Origin: Amphiscolops sp. MND2022
Taxonomy: Eukaryota
Length of the DNA stretch: 64,000 nucleotides
Assembly (NCBI GenBank): GCA_964187785.1
Contig: OZ076409.1
Location: 72,542,001 to 72,606,000 of the forward strand
Direction: 5' to 3'
Each line of letters begins with the position of its first letter. Positions within the stretch are counted from its first letter, which is position 1. This document shows, piece by piece, positions 1 to 10,802 of this stretch. The notes beneath the pieces are model-generated. The model saw nothing but the letters and a program-made list of their open reading frames with translations, was not told the origin of the DNA and made no database searches. Made by a program: the position numbers and the translations under genes.

Positions 1-449
1 AGTAGTCATGTACCACAACATTTGCTAATCGATAGCAACTTTTGTTGAAAATTGATACAACATCACATTTTTGGTGAACTCGAAATGACAAAATGGAGCT
101 TTACCAGAAACTATTGGCTTTTAGTACAACTCACTGGCACTGTAAGTTACGAAAATACGGTTTACAGTAGTTTCATGCTACTTTTTCAGAATCTGAGGTA
201 CATAAAAATATCATACTGAATAGACAAATAACTTCAACATCGGAATTTTTCCGGATGTGTCACCACCTTTTTGGTATCAGCGGTCCTACCAACACTGCTT
301 TTGGTCTAACACTAAACCCAAGGATCAACCAAGATGTATATCAGACTTGTAAAATCAATGCAAGGTCTTTCGACATGTCAAAAGTACTGATAAGATGAGA
401 ATCTTCTCAAAAATTCATGTTATGTGTCATATTCCATTCCACGTTTTTT

Positions 450-1570
450 AATCGGTGCTTGTCGGTTATAGTATTAACGCTCAACAACGAGCTTACTGAC
501 AAGAAACAACTTGTTAACAGTTATTAAAAGTATGTATAATTCCACCATGCTCGGTCTTGGCAGATTTTTCATCCCATTAGTTCTTAACGTGTAAATTTTA
601 CTTCCCAAAAACCCTATTTTTGTCAGGTCGAAATTCGAATTTTCGTGTTTTGATCAATATTATTGTGTCTGACGTAACCCGTGGCCTCCAAAATACTCAA
701 AAACAATAGTATGACTGCTATCAAATGCTTCAGTGACATGTGGGGCACGTTAACACGTTTTGGTAAGAAAAATTCCACTTCGAAGTGAAAATTTGGAAGA
801 CACATTGTGTCAATAAAAACTGAATACATGAAAAACGTACCTAACTCCCGTCAATTAGTATTGACGTAGTAACTGTGTTGCGAATTAGAGGTCTATAGAG
901 TGGTGTATGGGAAAACTGTGGCGCATAAAGCGTTGTTCATAACAAAGTTCTTCCAATAACTACAATTGTGTTTTCAAAAGTTTCACTATATTTCACATAT
1001 TCACAGAATGTGATTGATGCTACCTAGTAATGGAAAACCACTGTCGAATGTTCTTTAGTGGACTCAACAGTCCTGAAAATCACAGACATACATCACGATT
1101 CATAATTATACACTCGAGGCTACACAGTAATTTATTTCCGCTAGTTGCTGATAACTGAATTTCCTGATAGCCTTCCAAGTTGGCCTTGTGTCAACCTGGG
1201 AAGGCTATCAGTACAAAACACAAAGAACACAGCTTGTTGTTGCCTCTAATTTGCTGTTGTTTTCGTTAAGATTTTATGGTACCGTTTCTTTATAACATGT
1301 GGTTAACATAAGACAATTTCTCTCTGTATGGAACGACATCCATTGATAAGAAAGATTACAGTTTTTTAGTTGAAAAAGACCTTGAAACTACTGCGCAATC
1401 CATGCAATTTATCCAAAACGTTCATTCATTTCAATAATTTGCGTCCCATTGAGCGTCACAAACCACTATACCTCCTTTAACTGACAGTACAAAGACACAT
1501 CATCCTTTGACCGTCCACAGACCGAAGGCGTGGCGAGGCACGCCTTGCGAAGACCTTTGGCAAAACAGTA
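450..1570 (+). repeat. Highly diverged relic of a ~2-kb-family unit that lacks its own terminal hairpin/GCTAG
   Basis: Colinear matches to unit bodies: GCTTGTCGGTTATAG (~457), TTTTGTCAGGTCGAAATTCGAA...TCTGACGTAACC...ATACTCAAAAAC (618-704), internal hairpin type I (1164-1211), and a degenerate tail GTACAAAGACACAT...AAGGCGTGGCGAGGCACGCCTT-GCGAAGACC (1487-1555). The left boundary is approximate. Confidence 0.8.
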
Positions 1571-3731
1571 CTAACGTCCGTTCGTGACGCATACGAAAAA
1601 CTATTTTATTTTCAACAATCGTCATAAAGCATATTTGTTATATCGGCCTTTCGTTACATTTGTGCAATGATACCTTTATCAGTGAAATATTAAGTTATAC
1701 ATAGGTAACTGCAGTAACTTCGTGATAACCAAAGTGATATCAAAATGTTGTTACATAAATATTTCTGACACAGCGGAATTCCGAAGTGTCATTAGGCACT
1801 TTTTCAGTGCTCGTTAGGAAAGCGAGCACTTTTGCTTGGACCAAACATGCTCGTATCAGACTGGTCATGTGAAGGCAAGTAACGGAATCGAAACAATGTT
1901 CCTCATCAACTTTTTGGTAGCGTCAGAAACACAATGTTTCCTTTTTAATGTCCCCCAGTTGTTTGTTAGCTTCTGTTCATAGAGAATTGTTTCTGCGCAG
2001 ACCAAAATATAGCAAGTTATCCAATACGCCTAATAACGGATTTGCCCCACACAGAACTATCACTTAACATTTTTGTATGTTGACATCTTTTTACCCCGTT
2101 GTTCAACAACTCATGCACCTTCATTTCTTCTTCAACAACTAACTCGCCACCTCCTTGTCGTCTCGTGGTTTGTTTAGCCTCCAGCGCTAGGTGGGCGGGG
2201 GTAATTCCCCAACAAAAATTACGGCCGGCGGGTTGGGTCCTGCCGGACGTTCAAATAGCGCGAAGCATCTAGTAGAAAACAAGGAGTCCTGAAACAGCGA
2301 TTTTAAAATTGAACCGTTAGAATTTGGTTTTAGATTGCATGCGGCCCTAAAATCCCCATACGAATGGAAGTTCCTGCTGGCGTTAAGCGATTGAAATAAT
2401 ATATAAAAAGTTATGGCCCATTTTTGGGTCACCGAGAAGGTCAAAATGAAGAAAATTTTAACTAAGATGCTGATAACTCAAAATGTGTTAATTTTTGGAC
2501 TTTGACTGTGAAACAAGCTTGGAACCTTCATTTCGTGGCTGTGGCATTGCACTGAACACAAAAGATGTAAAGTTTTCACATTTTTTGAAAATTCGACATT
2601 TTTGAATTTTTTTTCACTACTATCAGTACACTATATGTCAAAAACACCTCTGAAAAATTTTTTTATTTGCTTAAATTTAGAAACCTCGGTATCCATGGTT
2701 TCCGTCAGTACCTACTCGCTGCCAAACACTCAACAGTTTGCATCCAATGTGAAAATAAAATTTTTTTCGTGGTCTTAGGTATTTCACAAGGATTTCTCAA
2801 CTTAGTATCAATTTACAAATTGGTCATTTTGAACACATTATTTTCATCGAAGCGTGTCATATACCGCCCTAATGCTCACGAACGGGCCTACTGGCAACGT
2901 TGGAACCATTTATAGTAATAAAAAGTTTTAAAAAAACTTTTTCACCCCGTCTTCAGTCATTTTACACACTTTCGGAACTTAACTTAGAAAAATTTCAACC
3001 AAAAACCCATTTTTTGTCAAGTCGAAAATTCAAATTCAGCTTTTTAAGCAAAATAAATAAATCTGACATAACCAGTGGGGCCCATGAAACTCAAAACCAC
3101 GATTGAGACTGGTATCAATGGCTCCAATAACATATGAGTCGCGATAAGACGCTATTTTGAGCAAAACATATCAATTGAGGTAAAGATCTCGCAAGCCAGC
3201 GATCACTGTGAAATGTGATTTCATCAAAAATTTACTCTTTTTTGTCAATCACTATGTGCACAGAATGCGTAGGGTGCGTTTCAGCACTATAATGAGGTTT
3301 TTGAAGGCATCGAGTTGCTCAAGGGGTGGTATGAGACATTTTTGTCCCATATACTACTGTAGTTTCCAAAATTTTTACCCCAATATCTGGAAATACAAAC
3401 TTGACAAAATACTTTCAACAACTTTATTCAAAGGTTACAATATAGATGAACACTGTGGTTGATAAGAAACTTTCATCTCTTTCGTTTTCGGAAATATTTC
3501 CGTTCGCATGTGTTACATTCATAGCAGAAAAAAAAATCGAAACTGAAAAATACGCTATTTTGCTGATATAGAATCGCAATGATTGTGCCTAAAAACTCTT
3601 TAAACACTTCTAACGCAACCTTACGCACCCAAAATGATCGAAAATGCTATTCACAATGGTGACATGTGCTCTTTCTACGATCCTGGCTGGACAAGGTTTG
3701 CATATTTTTCAAGTACCTGTCAGCTAAATCT

Positions 3732-3781
3732 TGTGATAGCCTTTTCAGTTGGCCTTGTGTCAACTTGGGAAGGCTATCACA
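3732..3781 (+). other. Internal hairpin type I (representative copy)
   Basis: TGTGATAGCCTTTTCAGTTGGC-CTTGT-GTCAACTTGGGAAGGCTATCACA; also at 1164-1211, 6487-6531, 63349-63392 and in every 2-kb unit. Confidence 0.85.
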
Positions 3782-4105
3782 TCACAAAACCATCAACAAA
3801 GATAATTTTTGTTTATTGGATCTTACAGTCGATACTTTTTTTCGTGATTCTATACTACCGTTAGTATATTTCATCAGGTCACCTTACGATTGCATTCAGT
3901 CTTTGATAAAAACCTATGAACTCAAAGTCACATTTATATATTTTTTTGCCAGAAAATAACATCAAAAATATCTAAAATATATAAAATAGAGTCTTTAACA
4001 TTTTTACGTTTCAAGTTTTTGCCGTTATTAGGCCAATCAACGTCCTAGAGCCACATCCTGTCATACTGTACAACGCCACATAGTGTTGCGACGTTCACGG
4101 TCTGT

Positions 4106-4125
4106 GGGCATGCCGAGGCATGCCC
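4106..4125. promoter_or_regulatory. 20-bp palindrome matching the p53-family response element (representative copy; one per unit)
   Basis: GGGCATGCCG+AGGCATGCCC matches 2x RRRCWWGYYY at 19 of 20 positions with no spacer. It is present in all 25 complete units, 52-58 bp before the junction in the copies measured. Binding is not shown. Confidence 0.5.
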
Positions 4126-4177
4126 TTCGACGACGTATGCCGAATACCGCGGGCCTACGCCCGCGCTCCCCGGCTAG

Positions 4178-5451
4178 GTGGTCGTTAGCATGGGATTTTC
4201 TTTATGAGCGTAGTCCACTTTTTTTAGGCCGGGGTAGGGTCCCGGGCCGTTACCAATTTCTTACGGAGGAAAAATGTGAAAATCTGCGAGTTTAAAAAAT
4301 TGGCCCGTACGATTTGGCTGAAAATTGGCATACAGCATCGTCTTGGGAAACAAATGACTTTGTCCTAGTGTCATTTTGCCCAGAAAATTCAAAAAGTTGG
4401 TCAAATTGAAAATTTTTTGTCCGTCCAAGGCAAAAATTTGACTTTTTCGCTTTTTTTGGCCAATTTTCTCAGAATTGGTTGATTTTGGTGCAGTGAGTCA
4501 TAAGAGGTTATGAGGTCTGCAAGTAGCCATCAATCGGCTTGCATAATCAGATTTTGTCAAAAGTGTTTAGTTTTTTCAAAAATTCACACTTTTTTTTATT
4601 TCAATGTTTTTTGATACACTTTATTGAATTTTTTCTAAGTTTCACTAAATTTTTTAAAAATGTTTTAAAACACTATTTTTGCACGTTTTTGATGTTTTAC
4701 GCTCTCCCATATAGGTTTTCGCATACGGGGAACCTGAATCTGGCAACGAAATAACTATTTTCTGCAGTTCAACTTTCGCCATTTTTAATGGTTGAAAAAT
4801 CACTCATTTTCAACCTAACGAGTGAAAATATCAGAATTTAAAAACATAAAGTTGAGTTTAAGGAGACTTACAGGTGGAAACAAATGCTCAGAAACAAATA
4901 GATTTCTTGTATTAGCCAAAGAAAGCCTTTAAAATTCTTTTTACTTTCTTTAAATCAAAATTCAACTATTTTTAGGAAATTTGGCAGTGAAAAAAATTTA
5001 TAATTTTTAAATAAAAAACTTGCTTTGTTGGTCATTTGAGTTTGTCATTATTATCTGTGTAATTCACCAACACGTTTCAATTATTTTGACCCAATTTGAA
5101 AATTTTTGATACTGCATAATCTATCCGAGAGAACGAAACAGTTGTGTACATTCCATCTCCCTCCTGGGGGAGATGAGAATGTACTTGCCAAAGTCCAGGT
5201 ACTACAGACCATATTTGTTTTTATGCGACGCCGTCTATACTTGTGCACATGAATACAAATTGTTTGTCTGAATTTTACTTCTGACTTGACGTATGCTGTA
5301 CGTTTGGTACTGACAATACCCATCATATACATAACAAGCGTCAACGCCACATACCCTTACCAACGCCCATAGTCCGTAGGCATGCCGAGGCATGCCTTTC
5401 GACGACGCGCGCCAAACACAAGCGCGCCCGCACTTTTGCGGTAGCGGCTAG
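4178..5451 (+). mobile_element. Unit 2, unique body (1274 bp)
   Basis: Body not alignable by eye to the 2-kb family. It keeps head stem GGCCGGGG-TAGGGT-CCCGGGCC (4227-4248), type II hairpin (5146-5184), variant palindrome AGGCATGCCGAGGCATGCCT (5378-5397) and tail CCGCA-CTTT-TGCGG-TAGCGGCTAG. Confidence 0.6.
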
Positions 5452-6839
5452 GTGGTTGGGGCGGTCCCCAGAACGCACAAGGAGGCGCGGGGAGGGTCCT
5501 GCGCCGACATAGAATAATTTCATATAATACTAGTATCCTACATGGGTGTTTTAGAGGCGATTTTGGAATCTAACCGTAGGATTTGGATAATTTTTTGCAT
5601 GCGGCCATAACTCGAAATTCTAAGAACTTTTTCCTACTGTCATTTTCCCCGCAAATTGTTTTTTGTTGACTTATGGCCGAAAAACCGGAAATAACGTCCT
5701 TTTTAGACGTTATATCCGAAGTGTCGTCATAACTTTTTTCCAGGGCATGCTAGCGTTCTCGTTCACTTTTACACTTAGTTGCAGCATCTCAAAATACAAC
5801 TGGTGGAAAATTTTGGTTGCATTCGGATCACCCCCCATCGAGATAGAAGGGTTCCCCCCTCCAATTTTACCCCCCAAATTTGCAAAAGAGCCAATTTTGA
5901 GCATGAAGCCGAGGATTTAGCGTACCCGCACCCTCCTGATGTTTTGCTGTACGTATTGGGGTCAATCTGACGACATGTGTGGTTTTCACCCCCAACCCCC
6001 CCTTGGACCGGAAATGACACTTTTTTGTGTTTTTGGCAGAATTTAGCCTTTTTCATTATTAGGCAGTCGTTTTAGGGACTCCTAGCAGGATATCGAAATT
6101 GAAATACAACCTGATCACAACCCAGTTACAACATGTTGGCCACTTGGAGGTATCATCATGACCGGAAGTGGGGTCAACCCCCCTTTTTGTGACCGCTTTT
6201 TGACCTTGTGCCCCAAAATGCCAACATCTTGAGGCCTAATGAGGCATTCAAATCTGTACAAAGATAAAATGTTAGACAACCGAAGTCCCGGAAGATCTTT
6301 AGCATATACCGGAAGTTACCCCCCATGACCGGAAGTTACCCAATGTGACCGGAAATGGTCCAAAAAATAATGTAAAGTTGAATTTTTCACTATTTCAAGA
6401 CCACTTAATTGAAACTTTTCAATCTCAAAACTAGCGTACTGGCTTGTTTTGCTGAATTTATGGAAATTGGTGAGCTCTATCGCCCCCGATAGCCTTCGAA
6501 GTTGACCTTGCGTCAACTTTGGAGGCTATCGATAAAGAAAAATGAACAACAAAGTACATTGTTGCTCTCGTTTTTTTCCCGTTGTTTTTCCTCAAACATT
6601 CTTGAGACATATACATGGCCGTTAGTTGAAATCAATATTTAGCCCATGTTATAGCTGGAGCAGCGAAGCGTTACACAGACTAGTGTGGTTTTGAAATCAC
6701 ACTATTTAAATTAACAACTGACCGTCTTAGTCAACTCCACACATTCATACCAACGCCCACCGTCTGTGGGCATGCCGAGGCATGCCCTTCGACGACGTAT
6801 GACGAATCCACTCCAACGACACCCGCAGTCCTCAGCTAG
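5452..6839 (+). mobile_element. Unit 3, 1.39-kb family (1388 bp); near-identical to unit 15
   Basis: Distinct body with CCGGAAG/A motifs; head GGGG-CGGT-CCCC and GGCGCGGG-GAGGGT-CCTGCGCC; type I hairpin 6487-6531; conserved tail palindrome 6768-6787. Confidence 0.6.
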
Positions 6840-8821
6840 GTGGGCGGGGGTAATTCCCCTTCAAAAAATTCGGCCGGCGGGTTGGGTCCTGCCGGACGTC
6901 AAATAGTGTGAAACATCCAGTAGGAAACGGCGACATTTATCAGCGATTTTAAAATTTAACCGTTAGAATTCGGACTTGGAGTGCATGCGGCCCCAAAATG
7001 CCCATACGAATGGAAGTTCCTGCTGACGTTAAGCGACAAAAACACTTTATAAAAAGTTATGGCCCATTTTACGTTCACTTAGAGAGGTAAAATGAGGAAA
7101 ATTTTAACAAAGTTGCTGATAACTCAAAATACATTAATTTTTGGACTTTGACTGTGAAACAAGCTTGGAACCTTCATTTCGTGGCTGTGGCATTGCACTG
7201 AACACAAAAGATGTAAAGTTTTCACATTTTTTGAAAATTCGACATTTTTGAATTTTTTTCACTACTATCAGTACACTATATGTCAAAAACACCTCTGAAA
7301 AAATTTTTTGTTTGCTTAAATTTAGAAACCTCGGTATCCATGGTTTCTGTCGGAACCTACTCGCAGCCAAACACTCAACAGTTTGCATCCAATGTGAAAA
7401 TAAAATTTTTTTTGGGGTCATAAGCGTTTCACAAGGATTTCTCAACTTAGTATTAATTTACAAAATGGTCATTTTGAACACAATATTTTCATCGAGGCTT
7501 GTCGGCTATAGCCTTAATGTTCTAGAACGGTCCTACTGGCAACGTAGGAACCATTTATAGTAATAGAAAGTTTTAAAAAAATTTTTTCATCCGGTCTTCA
7601 GTCATTTTTCAGTCATTCGGAACTTAACTTAGAAAAATTTCGACCAAAATACCCATTTTTTGTCAGGTCGAAAATTCAAATTCAGATTTTTAAGCAAAAT
7701 TATTAACTCTGACGTAACCCATGGGGCCCATGATACTCAAAACAACGATTGACACTGGTATCAATGGCTCCAATAACATATGAGTCGCGATAAGACGTTA
7801 TTTTGAACAATACGTCTCAATTGAGGTAAAGATCTCGCAAGCCAGCGATCACTGTGAAATGTGATTTCATCAAAAATTTACTCATTTTTGTCAATCACTA
7901 TGTGCACAGAATGCGTAGGGTGCGTTTCAGCACTATAATGAGGTTTTTGAATGCATCGAGTAGCTCAAGGGGTGGTATGAGACATTTTTGTCCCATATAC
8001 TTCTGTATTTTCCAAAATTTTTAGCCCAATATCTGGAAATACAAACATGACAAACAACTTTCAACTACTTTATTCAAAGGTTACAATATAGATGAACACT
8101 GTGGTTGATCAGAAACTTTCATCTCTTTCGTTTTCCGAAATATTTCCCTTCGCATGTGTTACATTTGTAGCAGAAAAAAAATCGATACTGAAAAATACGC
8201 TATTTTGCTAATATAGAATCGCAATGATTGTGCCTAAAAACTCTTTCAACACTTCTAGCGCGACCTTACGCACCCAAAATTATCGAAAATGCTATTCACA
8301 ATGGTGACATGTGCTCTTTCAACGATCCTGACTGAACAATTTTCGCAAATTATTCAAGTACCTGTTAACTGAATCTCGTGATAGCCTTTTAAGTTGGCCT
8401 TGCGTCAACTTGGGAAGGCTATCACATCAAAAAATTTCCAACAAAAATACTTTTTGTTTATTGGAAATGACAGTCGATATATAATTTCGTGATTCTATAC
8501 TACCGTTAGTACCTTCCATTAAGTCACCTGACGATTGCATTCAGTCTTTGATAAATACCTATGAACTCGAAGTCATATTTATAAATTTTTTGCCAAAAAT
8601 AAACATCAAAATTATCCAAATTAATTAAAAATGAGTCTTTAAAGTTTTTGTTTTTCTTTTTTTACTGTTATTAGGCCCATCAACTTCCTACAGCCACGCT
8701 CTCTGTCATTAGTACAACACCACATAGTGTAGCGACGTTCATGGTCTGTGGGCATGCCGAGGCATGCCCTTCGACGACGTATGCCGAATACCGCGGGCCT
8801 ACGCCCGCGCTCCCCGGCTAG
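6840..8821 (+). mobile_element. Unit 4, ~2-kb family (1982 bp)
   Basis: Junction to junction and colinear with unit 1; head variant ...CCCCTTCAAAAAATTCGG shared with units 8 and 14. Confidence 0.6.
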
Positions 8822-10802
8822 GTGGGCGGGGGTAATTCCCCAACAAAAATTACGGCCGGCGGGTTGGGTCCTGCCGGACGTCAAATAGCAAAGAATATCT
8901 AGTAGGAAACGGCGACACAGAATCGCGATTTTTAAATCTAACCACAATTTTTTGGACTTGGAGTGCATGCGGCCCTGAAATGCCCATACGAATCGAAGTT
9001 CCTGCTGACGTTAAGCGATTGAAATAATATATAAAAAGTTATGGCCCATTTTTCACTCACATAGAAGGGTAAAATGAGGAAATTTTTAACAAAGTCGCTG
9101 ATAACTCAAAATGTGTTAATTTTTGGACATTGACTGTGAAACAAGCTTGGAACCTTCATTTCGTGGCTGTGGCATTGCACTGAACACAAAAGATGTAAAG
9201 TTTTTACATTTTTTGAAAATTCGACATTTTTGAAATTTTTTTCACTACTATCAGTACCCCATATGTCAAAAACGCTTCAGAAAAAATTTTTTATTTGCTT
9301 TAAATTGGAAACCTTGGTATCCATGATTTCTGTCGGAACCTACTCGCAGCCAAACACTCAACAGTTTGCATCCAATGTGAAAATTAAATTTTTTTCGGGG
9401 TCATAAGCGTTTCACAAGGATTTCTCAACTTAGTATTAATTTACAAAATGGTCATTTTGAACACAAGATTTTCATCAAGGCTTGTCGGCTATAGCCTTAA
9501 TGTTCTAGAACGGTCCCACTGGCAACGTAGGAACCATTTATAGTAATAGAAATTTTTAAAAATTTTTTTCACCCGTTCTTCCATCATTTTTCAGTCATTC
9601 GGAACTTATCTTAGAAAAATTTCGACCAAAATACCCATTTTTTGTCAGGTCGAAAATTCAAATTCAGCTTTTTAAGCAAAATTATTAACTCTGACGTAAC
9701 CCATGGGGCCCATGATACTCAAAACAACGATTGACACTGGTATCAATGGCTCCAATAACATATGAGTCGCGATAAGACGTTATTTTGAGCAATACGTCTC
9801 AATTGAGGTAAACATCTCGCAAGCCTGGGATCACAGTGAAATGTAAATTCATCAAAAATTTACTCATTTTTGTCAATCACTATGTGCACAGAGTGCGTAG
9901 GGTGAGTTCCAGCACTATAATGAGATTTTTGAAGGCATCGGGTTGCTCAAGGGGTGGTATGAGACATTTTTTTCTATATACTACTGTATTTTCCAAAACT
10001 TTTAGCCCATTATCTGGAAAAACTAACTTGACAAAATACTTTCAATGATTTTATTCAAAGGCTACAATGTAGATGAACCCAGTGGTTGATCAGAATCTTT
10101 CATCTCTTTCGTTTTCCGAAATATTTCCCTTCGCATGTGTTACATTTGTAGCAGAAAAAAATCGAAACTGAAAAATACGCTATTTTGCTTATATAGAATC
10201 GCAATGATTGTGCCTAAAAACTCTTTAAACACTTCTAACGCGACCTTACGCACCCAAAATGATCAAAAATGCTATTCACAATGGTGACATGTGCTCTTTC
10301 AACGATCCTGACTGAACAATTTTCGCAAATTATTCAAGTACCTGTTAACTGAATCTCGTGATAGCCTTTTAAGTTGGCCTTGTGTCAACTTGGGAAGGCT
10401 ATCACATCAAAAAATTTTCAACAAAAATACTTTTTGTTTATTGGAAATGACAGTCGATATATAATTTCGTGATTCTATACTACCGTTAGTACCTTCCATT
10501 AAGTCACCTGACGATTGCTTTCAGTCTTTGATAAATACCTATGAACTCGAAGTCTTATTTATTAATTTTGTGCTAAAAATAAACATCAAAACTATCCAAA
10601 TTATTTAAAATTGAGTCTTTACCGTTTTTGTTTTTCTTTTTCTACTGTTATTAGGCTCATCAACTTCCTACAGCCACGCTCTCTGTCATACTGTACAACG
10701 CCACATAGTGTTGCGACGTGCACAGTCTGTGGGCATGCCGAGGCATGCCCTTCGACGACGTATGCCGAATACCGCGGGCATACGCCCGCGCTCCCCGGCT
10801 AG
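8822..10802 (+). mobile_element. Unit 5, ~2-kb family (1981 bp)
   Basis: Junction to junction; head variant ...GTCAAATAGCAAAGAATATC shared with units 6, 10, 18, 22, 23. Confidence 0.6.

Larger units (their letters stand above)
2191..4177 (+). mobile_element. Unit 1, ~2-kb family (1987 bp), putative non-autonomous element; near-identical to units 11, 17, 21
   Basis: Bounded by GCTAG|GTG junctions; head GTGGGCGGGGGTAATTCCCC; type I hairpin 3732-3781; tail CGCGGGC-CTAC-GCCCGCG-CTCCCCGGCTAG. Mobility is inferred. Confidence 0.6.

Noticed and set aside
225..365. Faint similarity to ~1755-1880 (CGGAATT..CCG..GTGTCA, GTAT(AT)CAGACT)
   Set aside because: Too degenerate to support by eye; it needs a scored alignment.
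8520..8580. Hammerhead ribozyme core suggested by CTGACGA
   Set aside because: The motif is not conserved across units (CTTACGA and CAGACGA in others), and I could not build the three stems with a correctly placed GAAA.
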